A stretch of DNA of 64,000 nucleotides, taken from positions 176,020,001 to 176,084,000 of the forward strand of contig NC_086097.1 of NCBI RefSeq assembly GCF_963921235.1, given 5' to 3'. The position numbers and the translations under genes were made by a program. Of this stretch, positions 51,405 to 64,000 are shown piece after piece. The notes beneath the pieces were generated by a model, which did not search any database, was not told where the DNA came from, and saw only the letters and a program-made list of their open reading frames with translations. Each line of letters starts with the position of its first letter. Positions within the stretch are counted from its first letter, which is position 1. This DNA comes from Mobula hypostoma (Eukaryota).

Positions 51405-52680
51405 AAGTCCATGAGAGCATAAGAGATGGGAGCAGAATTAGGCCACTTAGCCCATTGAGTCTGCTCTGCCATTTCATCTTGGCTGATCCATTTTCCCTCT
51501 CAGCCCCAATCACCTTTCACACCCTGACTAATCAAGAATTTATCAACCTCTGCCTTAAGTACACACAATGACTTGGTCACCATAGCCACCTGTGGTAACA
51601 AATTTGACGGATCCACCACCCTCTGGCTAAAGAAATACCACCTCATCTGCATTCTAAATGAATGTCCCTCTATTCTGAAGCTGTGACCTCTGGTCCTAGA
51701 CTCTCCAACCATAGGAAACGTCTCTCCACATCTGCTCAATCAGCCTTTTAACATTCAACAGATTTCAATGAAATCCCACCATTCTTCTAAATTCCAGCAA
51801 GTACAGACCCAGAGCCATCAAACGCTCTTCATATGATAACCCTTTCGTTCCCAGAATCATCCTTGTAAGCTTTCTCTGAACCCTCTCCAATGTCAGCACA
51901 TATTTTCTTAGATGTAAGATGAGGCTTTATAAGGCACTGATGAGGCATCACAACAAGTGTGGCCTCACCAGTGCCTTATAAAGCCTTATCATTACATCCT
52001 TGCTTTTATATTCTAGTCCTCAAGAAATGAATATAACATTACATTTGTCTTCCTCACCACTGAATCAAACTGCAAATTATCCTCTAGGGAATCCTGCACA
52101 AGCACTCTCAAATGCCTTTGTACCTTGGATTTTTTTGAATTTTCTGCCTGTTTAGAAAATAGTCTACACTTTTGTTCCTTCTATCAAAGTGCATGACCAT
52201 ACACTTTCGGACACTTCTTTGCCCATTCTCCTAAGCTTTTCTGCTGCCTCCCTGCTTCTTCAACACTACCTGCTCCTCCACCGATCTTTGTATCGTCCAC
52301 AAACTTGGCCACAACGCCATCAATTTCCTATTCCAAAACATTGACATATAACATAAAAAGGAGCCATTCTAACATCGAGCCCAGCAGAACACCACCAATC
52401 ACTGGCAGTCAACCAGAAAAAGCTCCCTTTATTCTCCTCTTCCTCTCCTGCCAATCAACCAATCCTCTATACATGCTAATATCTTTCCTGTAATACCATG
52501 GGCTCTTACCTTGTTAAGTAACCTCATGTGTGGCACCTTGTCAAAGGCCTTCTGAAAATCCAAGTAAGTAACATACACCAATTCTCCTCTGTCTTTGCTG
52601 CTTGTTATTTCCCCAGGGAATTCCAACAGATTTGTCAGGTGAGACTTTCCCTCAAGGAAACCATGCTGACTTTGGCCATT
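51405..52680 (-). mobile_element. Degenerate CR1 RT/3' fragment
   Basis: QHGF..GKS.LTNL, LDFQKAFDKVPH, FFSQRVV motifs. Confidence 0.85.
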
Positions 52681-53014
52681 TTTTATAATATGCCTCCAAC
52701 GCAGGAGAATCAGATTGAGAGAAAATAAGTCAGCCATGATTGAATGGCAGAGCAGAGTCTATGGACCAAATGCTCTATTTCTGCTCCTATAACTTGGTCT
52801 TTTGTTCTTATGGGCCCATTCCCATGTCCTCCTCCATAAGCTATTGACCAGCCTAAACACACAACTCCTGCTGAAACCAAACCTCCCATTTATGAATGTA
52901 CTTGTCAATTCACTCATGACCCTGATTCATATATCCCTAAGTTAGTGATTCTGGATTCAAATTATTTCCTATAGATTTTATATCACCTCCACTGCATGCA
53001 GTCCTCAGATAACT

Positions 53015-53327
53015 TTTTTTTTAAGGCATCCGTTAGTCTCGTGAGGCCATGGATTTGCACCTTGGAAGGTTTCCAGGGCGCAGGCCTGGGCAAGGTTGTA
53101 TGGAAGACTGACAGTTGCCCATGCTGTAAGTCTCCCCTCTCCACGCCACCGATGTTGTCCAAGGGAAGGGCACGAGGGCCGATACAGCTTGGCACTGGTG
53201 TCGTCGCAGAGCAATGTGTGGTTAAGTGCCTTGCTCAAGGATACAACACGCTGCCGCAGCTGAGGCTCGAACTAGCGACCAACAGATCACTAGACCGACG
53301 CGTTAACCACTTGGCCATGCGTCAACA
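53015..53327 (-). mobile_element. Full-length tRNA-derived SINE with CORE-like domain
   Basis: A-box TGGCCAAGTGG, B-box AGTTCGAGCC, TCCTTGAGCAAGGCACTTAACC core, poly(A) tail, 9-bp TSD CAGATAACT. Confidence 0.85.
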
Positions 53328-54147
53328 CAGATAACTGTGGTGGGGAAAAGAACAGTCTTCCAATTCTTTGCAGAATGTGGATTTGTTAAGAGGGTATGGA
53401 GACAGATGCAAAGGTCTATGTCCCACTTCATTCCCAACAGAGAACTGAGGACTCTCTGATCTATGGGCTGTTCCTGGAACATACACCAAGACAAACATCC
53501 AGTGTTTCTGGAAGATCATCAGTTTGATGAAGGACACCCTATAGGTGTATATATTGGGGGTTGCACTGAAGCTCGGTATAGTCTGCTGCCACAAAGCAAC
53601 ACATTTCATGATATTTATCACTGATAATAAACCTGATTCTGATTCCATTGTAAGGCTCTGTGACCTGGGTTCCTTCCGCTACCTCACATGGAGGGACAGA
53701 AATGAGTTGGAAAACTTTTGAATGATCAAAGGGTGCACTACCCCTGGGGGCTTGGGAGAGACACTGGTACTATGCTTGTGTTTTTTCTATATCATTGAAG
53801 TTTGCACTACTGAATATACCAATTACAAATGTAAAGATTTTTTTGTACCTTTTCTTCCTTTGTATATTTTTAAAATGAATATAAACTATTTTAGAATCGG
53901 ATCCATTACAAAGGACGTGGACCAAGTGCAGGCAGATTGGCTTAGATTAATTTGGTGTCATGGTTGGTGCAGACATGATGTATTGAAGGACCTGTTCCTT
54001 TTCTGTACAATCCTGCAACAAAGTAGAAATTTCCATTAATTCACAAGATCACCTTATCCATAATATACAAAAGAAATTGTGAATCTGCATTCTTTTGTAA
54101 TTTTTCGTGTTTTACACCTTTCTCAGTTACGCACATTCTTCTGGTTA

Positions 54148-57100
54148 CAGTGGTGCTAGAAAGTTTGTAAACCCTATACGATTTCTCTATTTCTGCATAA
54201 ATATGACCTAAAATGTGATCAGATCTTCACATAAGCCTTAAAACTAGATCAAGAGAATCCAATTAAATAAATAACACAAGAACGTTATTCTTGTTCATTT
54301 ATTGAGAAAAATAATCCAACATTACATGTATTTGTTGGAAAAAGTAGGTGAAACTTTGGTTTCAGTAACTTGTGTGATCCCCTTATACAGTAATAATTTC
54401 AACCAAATGTTTCTGGTATAGAAACATAGAAACATAGAAAATAGGTGCAGGAGTAGGCCATTCGGCCCTTCGAGCCTGCACTGCCATTTATTGTGATCAT
54501 GGCAGATCATCCAACTCAGAACCCCGCCCCAGCCTTCCCACCATACTCCCTGACCCCCGTAGCCACAAGGGCCATATCTAACTCCCTCTTAAATATAGCC
54601 AATGAACTGGCCTCAACTGTTTCCTGTGGCAGACAATTCCACAGATTCACCACTCTCTGTGTGAAGAAGTTTTTCCTAATCTCGGTCCTAAAAGGCTTCC
54701 CCTCTATCCTCAAACTGTGGCCCCTCGTTCTGGACTTCCCCAACATCGGGAACAATCTTCCTGCATCTAGCCTGTCCAATCCCTTTAGGATCTTATACGT
54801 TTCAATCAGATCCCCCCTCAATTTTCTAAATTCCAACGAGTACAAGCCCAGTTCATCCAGTCTTTCTTCATATGAAAGTCCTGCCATCCCAGGAGTCAAT
54901 CTGGTGAACCTTCTTTGTATTCCCTCTATGGCAAGGATGTCTTTCCTCAGATTAGGGGACCAAAACTGCACACAATACTCCAGGTGTGGTCTCACCAAGG
55001 CCTTGTACAACTGCAGTAGTACCTCCCTGCTCCTGTACTCGAATCCTCTCGCTATTAATGCCAGCATACCATTCGCCTTTTTCACCGCCTGCTGTACCTG
55101 CATGCCCACTTTCAATGACTGGTGTATAATGACACCCAGGTTTCGTTGCACCTCCCCTTTTCCTAATTGGCCACCATTCAGATAATAATCTGTTTTCCTA
55201 TTTTTGCCACCAAAGTGGATAACTTCACATTTATCCACATTAAATTGCATCTGCCATGAATTTGCCCACTCACCCAACCTATCCAAGTCACCCTGCATCC
55301 TCTTAGCATCCTCCTCACAGCTAACACTGCCACCCAGCTTCGTGTCATCCGCAAACTTGGAGATGCTGCGTTTAATTCCCTCATCCAAGTCATTAATATA
55401 TATTGTAAACAACTGGGGTCCCAGCACTGAGCCTTGCGGTACCCCACTAGTCACCGCCTGCCATTCTGAAAAGGTCTCGTTTATTCCCACTCTTTGCTTC
55501 CTGTCTGCTAACCAATTCTCCACCCACACCAATACCTTACCCCCAATACCGTGTGCTTTAAGTTTGCACACTAATCTCCTGTGTGGGACCTTGTCAAAAG
55601 CCTTTTGAAAATCCAAATATACTACATCCACTGGTTCTCCCCTATTCACTCTACTAGTTACATCCTCAAAAAATTCTATGAGATTCGTCAGACATGATTT
55701 TCCTTTCACAAATCCATGCTGACTTTGTCCGATCATTTCACCGCTTTCCAAATGTGCTGTTATCACATCCTTGATAACTGACTCCAGCAGTTTCCCCACC
55801 ACCGACGTTAGGCTAACCGGTCTATAATTCTCTGGTTTCTCTCTCCCTCCTTTTTTAAAAAGTGGAGTTACATTAGCCACCCTCCAATCCTCAGGTACTA
55901 GTCTAGAATCTAACGAGTTTTGAAAAATTATCACTAATGCATCCACTATTTCTTGGGCTACTTCCTTAAGCACTCTAGGATGCAGACCATCTGGCCCTGG
56001 GGATTTATCTGCCTTCAATCCCTTCAATTTACCTAACACCACTTCCCTACTAACATGTATTTCGCTCAGTTCCTCCATCTCACTGGACCCTCTGTCCCCT
56101 ACTATTTCTGGAAGATTATTTATGTCCTCCTTAGTGAAGACAGAACCAAAGTAATTATTCAATTGGTCTGCCATGTCCTTGCTCCCCATAATCAATTCAC
56201 CTGTTTCTGTCTGCAGGGGACCTACATTTGTCTTTACCAGTCTTTTCCTTTTTACATATCTATAAAAGCTTTTACAGTCCGTTTTTATGTTCCCTGCCAG
56301 TTTTCTCTCATAATCTTTTTTCCCCTTCCTAATTAAGCCCTTTGTCCTCCTCTGCTGAACTCTGAATTTCTCCCAGTCCTCAGGTGAGCCACTTTCTCTG
56401 GCTAATTTGTGTGCTTCTTCTTTGGAATTGATACTATCCCTAATTTCTCTTGTCAGCCACGGGTGCACTACCTTCCTTGATTTATTCTTTTGCCAAACTG
56501 GGATGAATAATTGTTGTAGTTCATCCATGCAACCTTTAAATGCTTGCCATTGCATATCCATCGTCAACCCTTTAAGTGTCATTTGCCAGTCTATCTTAGC
56601 TAATTCACGTCTCATACCTTCAAAGTTACCCCTCTTTAAGTTCAGAACCTTTGTTTCTGAATTAACTATGTCACTCTCCATCTTAATGAAGAATTCCACC
56701 ATATTATGGTCACTCTTACCCAAGGGGCCTCTCACGACAAGATCGCTAATTAACCCTTCCTCATTGCTCAAAACCCAGTCCAGAATAGCCTGCTCTCTAG
56801 TTGGTTCCTCGACATGTTGGTTCAAAAAAACCATCCCGCATACATTCCAAGAAATCCTCTTCCTCAGCACCTTTACCAATTTGGTTCACCCAATCTACAT
56901 GTAGATTGAAGTCACCCATTATAACTGCTGTTCCTTTATTGCACACATTTCTAATTTCCTGTTTAATACCGTCTCCGACCTCACTACTACTGTTAGGTAG
57001 CCTGTACACAACTCCCACCGGCGTCTTCTGCCCCTTAGTGTTATGCAGCTCTACCCACATCTGTTGATCAGTCCTGCACATTGGGTTGGAGGAATTCTAG

Positions 57101-58184
57101 GCCATTCCCCCTGACAAAACTGCTTCAGTTCTGGGATGTTGGTGGGCTTCCATGCATGAACTGCTTGCTTCAGGTCCTTCCACAACATCTTTATAGGTTT
57201 AAGGTCAGGACTTTGACTCGGTCATTTTAAAACACAAGTTTTCTTTTGTTTTGACCATTCTGTTGTTGATTTACTCTTGTCTTTCGGATCATTGTCTTGT
57301 TCAATTCTATTAAGCTTCAGGTAATGGGCTGCTATCCTGACATTCTTCTGTAAAATGTCTTGATACAATTTTGAATTCATTATTCTCTCAACAATTGCAA
57401 GCTGTCCAGGACTTGACAGTAAAGCAGCTCCAAACTACGATGCTCCTTCTACCATACTTCACAGTTGGGATGAGGTTTTGGTGTTGGTGTGCAGCGCCCT
57501 TTTCCGTCCAAACATAGCAATATGCATTTCTGCCAAAAAGTTCAACCTTTGTCTCATCTGTCCTCAGAACATTGTCCTAGAAGCATAGAACATCCAGGTG
57601 GTCTTTTGCAACCTTGAGACATGCAGAAATGCTTTTTTGGAGAACAGTGGTTTCCTCTGTGGTGTCCTTCCATGAACATCATTCTTGTTTTGTAGGCAAC
57701 TTCTCTTACTGTGGACTGATGAACAGTTAGGTCTTTAGAAATCCCTTTGTAGCATTTTCCAGCTTCAAGCATCCTTACAATTCTTCTTCTAAGGTCCTCT
57801 GAAACTTGTTTTGATCGAGGCATGGTGCACATAAACAGGTCTGTCAGTAACCTGACTTTGTGTGTCTTTTTTATAGAGCTGGGCTCCTCTACAGCCCACA
57901 CCTCCCATCTTATCTCAGTGATTCGAACACCTGACTCCAAGTAATAGCTTTTGTAGAAGGCATTACTCCAGAGGTTCACATACTTATTCCAACAAATACG
58001 TGCAATACTGGATCATTTTTCTCAATAAATAAATGAATAATAATAGTGGTTTTGTGTTATTTATTTAATTGGGTTCTTTTGCTCTAGTTTTAGGACTTAC
58101 GTGAAGATCTGATCACATTTTAGGTCATGTTTATGTAGAAATAGAGACAATTCTGTAAGGTTCACGAACTTACTAGCACCACTA
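54148..58184 (-). mobile_element. Tc1-like DNA transposon (decayed transposase), split by a CR1
   Basis: TA-flanked long TIRs beginning CAGTGGTGCTAGAAAGTTTG; transposase MPRSKQVSEDLRRRIV (ATG at 57823) and TDETKVELFG motif. Confidence 0.92.
54419..57060 (-). mobile_element. Young 5'-truncated CR1 LINE with uninterrupted RT ORF; same family as 37515-41130
   Basis: 787-aa ORF 54516-56879 with all RT motifs; (TTTCTATG)n tail. Confidence 0.96.
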
Positions 58185-58489
58185 TATATGTTTGACAAAC
58201 TTAGAAAGGTTTGAGGTTTGAGGAAGGGTGGGACACTGACTCAGCTTAAAGCTTGCTATTTTCAGCATCCCAAACAATTGTCTCTCTATTTGCCTCTTAT
58301 TTTTAATCCTCTGTATCCGTTTCAGTCTATCCAACTCTACCATCTCTCTTTCATTCTTTCCTTATGTAAATCGAAAGAAATTTGTTGCCAAACTTCACTC
58401 ACCATTTCACTTCAATTCAAGTCAGGCTTATTTAAGTAATTCCACCAAATATAAATATCAATGAATATAGCCAATCAAGACAGTGTTAC

Positions 58490-61400
58490 AGGGCGGCCAT
58501 TGTTGGGGGTAGGCCAGTCATAAGAGTAGGAATGTCAGGCTTTGGCTCAAAGGAGGCTTCAGCTCGAAAGAGGCATTGGTTTTGGGTAAGCTTCTGTTAA
58601 GGTTTTCTTTTGGTTTTTCTCTCTCTTACTGTACCTAGTGTAGTAAATGGCTGTTGTTTGTTCTTCATGCTGGATGTTGGAGCCCAGGGAGACCCAGAGT
58701 CTCCCAGGAACTACATCTGTGTGAAGTGCATCCAGCTGCAGCTCCTTGAAGACCATGTTAGGGATCTGGAGCAGCAGCTGGATGGCCTTTGGCTTGTACA
58801 GGAGAGAGAGGAGATAATTGATCAGAATTACAGGGAAGTAGTCAGGAGGCAAGTAGCTGGGTGACTGTCAGGAGAAATGGAAAGGTGAATAGGAACAGAG
58901 CACTCCTGCGGCTATTCCTTTCAAAAATAAGTATACTGCTTTGGATACTGTTGTGGGGGATGACCTCACAAGGGAATGCCATGGAGACTGGCTTACTGGC
59001 ACTGAGCATAGGTCCATGGTGCAGAAGGGGAAAAGGGAGATGAAGGGAGCAGTCATGGTAGGGGACTCAATATTCGGGGAACGGACAGGAGATTCTGTGG
59101 ATGTGAACGGGACACACAAGTGGTATGTTGCCACCCAGGTGCAAGGGTCAGGGGCGTCCTGGATCGTGTCCACTGCATTTTAGAGGGGCAAGGAGAACAG
59201 CCAGATGTCTTGGTACATATTGGTACCAATGACATAGGAAGGAAAAGCAAAGAGATCCTGAAACAGAAAACAGTACATGTGCTTGTAACACTGTGTGTCC
59301 GACAGAGTGATCAGCAGCACTGGGACTCCACAGGGGACTGTCCTGTTTCCCTTTCTCTTCATATTTACACCTCGGACTTCAACTACTACACAGAGTCTTG
59401 TCATCTTCAGAAGTTTTCTGATGACTCTGCCATAGTTGGATGCATCAGCAAGGGAGATGAGGCTGAGTACAGGGCTACGGTAGGAAACTTTGTCACATGG
59501 TGTGAGCAGAATTATCTGCAGCTTAATGTGAAGAAGACTAAGGAGGTGGTGGTAGACCTGAGGAGAGCTAAGGTACCGGTGACCTCTGTTTCCATCCAGG
59601 GGGTCAGTGTGGACATGGTGGAGGATTACAAATACCTGGGGATACAAATTGACAATAAACTGGACCGGTCAAAGAATACTGAGGCTGTCTACAAGAAGGG
59701 TCAGAGCCGTCTCTATTTCCTGAGGAGACTGAGGTCCTTTAACATCTGCCGGACGATGCTGAGGATGTTCTATGAGTCTGTGGTGGCCAGTGCTATCATG
59801 TTTGCTGTTGTGTGCTGGGGCAGCAGGCTGAGGGTAGCAGACACCAACAGAATCGACAAACTCATTCGTAAGGCCAGTGATGTTGTGGGGATGGAACTGG
59901 ACTCTCTGACAGTGGTGTCTGAAAAGAGGATGCTGTCCAAGTTGCATGCCATCTTGGACAATGTCTCCCATCCACTACATAATGTACTGGTTGGGTACAG
60001 GAGTACATTTAGCCAGAGACTCATTCCACCGAGATGCAACACTGAGTGTCATAGGAAGTCATTCCTGCCTGTGACCATCAAACTTTACAACTCCTCCCTT
60101 GGAGGGTCAGACACCCTGAGCCAATAGGTTGGTCCTGGACTTATTTCCTGCATAAATAATTTACATATTACTATTTAACTATTTATGGTTTTATTACTAT
60201 TTATTATTAATGGTGCAACTGTAACAAAAACCAATTTCCCCTGGGATCAATAAAGTATGACTATGACTATGACTAAAAGAGGCTTTAGAGAGCTAGGTAG
60301 AAAGCTGAAAAGCAGGACCAACAGGATCGTAATTTCTGGATTGCTGCCTGTGCCATGTGCCAGTGAGGGTAGAAACAAGATGATTTGACAGATTAATGCG
60401 TGGCTGAGAAGCTGATGCAGGGGGCAGGGCCTTGGGTTCTTGGATCACTGGGATCTCTTCTGGGGGAGGAATGACCTGTTTAAAAGGGATGGGTTGCACC
60501 TGAACCCGAGGGGGAACAATAAACTGGCAGGGAGGTTTGTTGGAGCTGTTAGGGAAAGTTTAAACTAATTTGGTTAGAGGTGGAAACCAGAGTGTGGCCA
60601 CTCAGGATAGTGTGGATGGTAAAAAAGCAAAGATAGCATGCAGTCAGTCTGTCAGGAAGGACAGGCAGATGATAGGGTAAAACTGCAGCCAACAGGATGA
60701 ATATCAGGGCATTAGGGATGCAGAATCAAAAAGGGTACCAAATATAGTTCTCAAAGTGTTATATCTCAATGCACAAAGTATAAAAAATAAGGTGGATGAT
60801 CTTGTTGCACTGTTACAGATTGCCAGGTATGATGTTGTGGCCATCACTGAATCGTGGCTGAAGGATGGTTGTAGTTGGGAGCTGAATGTCCGAGGTTACA
60901 CGTTGTATCAGAGGGATAGGAAGGTTGGCAGAGGGGTGGCGTGGCTCTGCTGGTAAACAATGGCATCAAAATCAGTAAAAAGATGTGACATAGGACTGGA
61001 AGATGTTGACACTTTGTGGGTTGAGTTAAGAAACTCCAAGAGTAAAAGGACCCTGATGGCAGTTATATACAGGCCTCCCAACAGTTGCTGGGATGTGGAC
61101 CACAGATTACAACAGAAAATAGAAAAAGTGTATTAAAAGGGCAATGTTATGATAGTCATGGAGATTTCAACATGTAGTTCAAATGGGAAAATCAGGTTGG
61201 TAATGGATCGCAAAAGAGTGTGTTTGTTGAATGCCTATGAGATGGCTTTTTAGAGAAGTTTGTCATTGAGCCTACAGGGGGATTAGCTATACTGGATTAG
61301 GTGTTATGTAATGAATCGGGGGCGATTAGGAAGCTTAAGGTAAAGGAACCCTTAGGAGGCAGTGATCACAATATAATTGAGTTCAACTTGAAACTAAAGT

Positions 61401-61540
61401 CTGAGGTAGCAGTATTTCAGTGGAGTAATGGAAATTACAGTGGTATGAGAGGGGAGTTGGGCAAAGTAAATTGGAACAGATGCTGGCAGGGATGGCAGCA
61501 GAGCAGCAATGGTGTGAGTTTCTGGGAAAAAAATGAGGAG
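58490..61540 (+). mobile_element. Degenerate CR1 5' portion (5' UTR, ORF1 zinc finger plus esterase, EN), split by Rex1
   Basis: C..C...YIC.KC..LQLL zinc finger/coiled coil; VGDS, HIGTND; LNAQSIKNK, ITESW. Confidence 0.85.
59264..60274 (+). mobile_element. Rex1/Babar-clade LINE, 5'-truncated, young
   Basis: QKFSDD, LQLNVKKTKEVVVDLRR, YKYLG, KKGQSRLYFLRRLRSF; AATAAA plus (ATGACT)3 tail. Confidence 0.9.
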
Positions 61541-62444
61541 GTGCACTCAGCTCATAACCCTACAAGTCACTCCCCTCCATGTACCTATCCAAATGTCTCC
61601 AGAATGTTGAATTGTACCCACCCTGACCACTTCCTCCAGCAGCTCACTCCAGGTACTCACTACCTGCTGTGTAAAAAAAGTAACCTCTTGGGTTATGTAC
61701 GTAGCTGCGTAACTTTATTATCTCCTTTGCAAGTTGCTCATTTGCCCTAAACCCTCTGATTTTCAAAATACAAAAGATATATTTGACAACTTGATTAATA
61801 AAAAAATGACTACCCCTTCTTGCCATCTATTTGTACCACCTTCATTCCACTTACTGTAAGAATTGGATGAACCAGTCAGTTATTACTAAGAAAGTGTCTT
61901 TATGTTTGTGGTACTAATATAACAAAAATATTATCAGTGTAATCTCTGAATTCTGAAGATTTGTTGAATGGTTGTACTGTAGTGATGATTCTGATGTTTA
62001 GCACTTTCAAATGCTGTTGAGGACAACTCCAGGCCTTGGGGAACCATGTTTGTTTTCAAAGATTGACTTGTAAATCTTATTGACAAACAGGCTACAGGGG
62101 TTCAGAAAAAGAAGGACAAGGATATTTGTGTGTGTTTGTATCTATAGGAACATCTCCTCCTGCACCCTCTGCACTTCACAACCTCTTCTAAGATAATCTC
62201 TTGATTCCTCATAGCAGGGAAACATTGATCACATTTCTTGCTTGTGTTTTTAACTTGGAGTTAAGTACGTCTTGTTGCAGGTTTGGCTGCAGAGGAGATT
62301 TTCTTAAAAAGGCTTGCGTAGGGTTCTGAATACCTGAATGTGAAATTGATCTACAAATGCAGGAAATTAATCTCAGGGTTGTGTATGGTGGTATATATGT
62401 ATTTTGATAATAAGTTTACTTTGAACTTAGAAATGTCATTTTTG

Positions 62445-62925
62445 GGTGCCCTGCTATGTTATTAAACTGGAAAGAATGCAGAAAAGGTTTACATGGACAT
62501 TGCCAGGACTTGAGGGACTGAGTCACGAGATGAAATTGGACAGGCTAGGACTTTATTCCTTAGAGGATATGAAACTGGGAAATGATCTTACAGCTGTATA
62601 TAAAATCACGAGGGGCATAGATAGGGTGAATGCACTTAATCTTTTACCCAGGGTTAGGGAATCAAGAACTAGAAGGCATAGGTTTAAGATAGAAGTGGAA
62701 ACATTTGAGAGGCAATTTTTGTATAAAAAAATGTTGCATCTATGTGGAATGAGTTGGAAGGAGAAGTGGTTGATAACAACTTTTAAAAGGTAGTTGGACA
62801 GGTACATAAATTGTCTAGAAGGTTATGGTCAAATGCAGGCAAGTTGGATGAACCTCAATGGGGCATCTTGGTGCTCATGGAATAGTTGGGCTGAAAGGCC
62901 TGATTCCATACTTTATAACTCTGCC
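62445..62925 (+). mobile_element. Degenerate CR1 3' fragment
   Basis: LERMQKRFT..LPGL, LGLYSLE motifs. Confidence 0.8.
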
Positions 62926-63819
62926 TTTAGTACTCGAATATAAAGGAACTGATAGAGTGGTGGTGAATGTATTTGAAAGGATGAAAGGGAGAACGTTCAA
63001 AGTGACAGGAGCAGAGTCTAGACAGAGAAGCCAAGAATAATATCCAAATGCATAGAAAGCAGAGCGAGTATTATGAAGTGTTCAAGCTCAAACTGATGTT
63101 TGACGTAGCTTAGATGAGGTTAATCACTGAGCGAATCTCAGTCCGACCTAGCAAGCTGATCCAGACTGGAAGAAGATGTGGATTCAGGGTGAAATAAGCA
63201 ATTAGGTACAAACTTGGCTCGTGATCAGAGGCAAAGGGTGGTGGCGAAGGGTTGCTTTTCAGATTGGAGACCTGGAAACAGTAGCATGCTGCGTGGATCA
63301 GTACTGGGATGATATTTTGATTAATGTTTTGGAAGAGAGTGTAGATAGCATGATTTATAACTTTGCAAATGACTCTAAAGCAAGTGGGTATAGTGGACAG
63401 TGAAGGAGGTTGTCTAAGGTTACGGCAAGATCTACATCGACCAGTAAATTGATATGTTGGTACATTGATTTATTATTGTCACAGGTACAAACACTCAGTT
63501 ACAGTTACAGAGAATGTACATTGCATATAGATAATAAGGTGCAAAGCCATCACGAGGTATTAGGGGTCTATTCATTAGTCTTATAACAGATTGGTAGAAA
63601 GTTGCAGTATTTCCTCCAAGGTAGAGGAGTCTGAAAAAAGTGGGCTTACTGTACGTTTAAGGTGAGAAGGAAAAGATTAAGATGGAATTGAGAGGCAAAT
63701 TTGTCACACTCCATGTGGTGGTTATGTGGAACAAGCTGTCTGAAGAAGCTGAGGTGGATACAATTACAACACTTACAAGGCAGTTGGGCAGGTACGTGAA
63801 TAGGAAAGGTTTAGAGCTA

Positions 63820-64000
63820 CAGTGACATGCAAAAGTTTGGGCACCCCTGCTCAAAATTTCTGTTACTGTGAATAGATAAGCGAGTAAAAGATGAACAGAT
63901 TTCCAAAAGGCATGAAGTTAAAGATGACACATTTCCTTAATATTTTAAGCAAGAAAACTTTTTATTTCCATCTTTTACCGTTTCAAAATAACAAAAAAGG
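63820..64000. mobile_element. Tc1-like TIR (element runs off the window)
   Basis: TA-CAGTGACATGCAAAAGTTTGGGCACCCC interrupting a CR1 fragment. Confidence 0.75.

Noticed and set aside
53255..53327. tRNA gene
   Set aside because: It is the tRNA-derived head of a SINE bounded by TSDs and poly(A).
54493..55608. Long antisense ORFs over CR1 copies (also 42383-42949)
   Set aside because: Shadow frames of RT coding sequence with no independent evidence.

Overview
Eukaryotic genomic DNA, very likely from a cartilaginous fish (ray/shark), judged from its repeats: abundant CR1 LINEs, V-SINE-like SINEs, Penelope-like elements, Rex1/Babar, L1, Tc1 and hAT. The only host gene I can support is the 5' half of a cadherin on the minus strand. 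Five GT-AG exons (34611-34564, 9711-9609, 9022-8811, 7447-7316, 2422-2267) splice in frame to 217 aa: signal peptide, full cadherin prodomain, RRQKR furin site and most of EC1. The gene continues beyond position 1. EC1 looks desmoglein-like, but the gene keeps a complete classical/desmocollin-type prodomain that mammalian desmogleins lack. The rest of the window is mostly nested transposable elements. Most notable: Penelope termini with minimal hammerhead ribozyme motifs, including short palindromic or solo derivatives with 14-15 bp target-site duplications; a multi-level L1/L1/hAT/CR1 nest in intron 1; and two near-identical inverted CR1 copies sharing the same T7 frameshift. There is no prokaryotic system, CRISPR array, rRNA or tRNA gene. 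Family assignments come from motif recognition only, and boundaries of degenerate elements are approximate.
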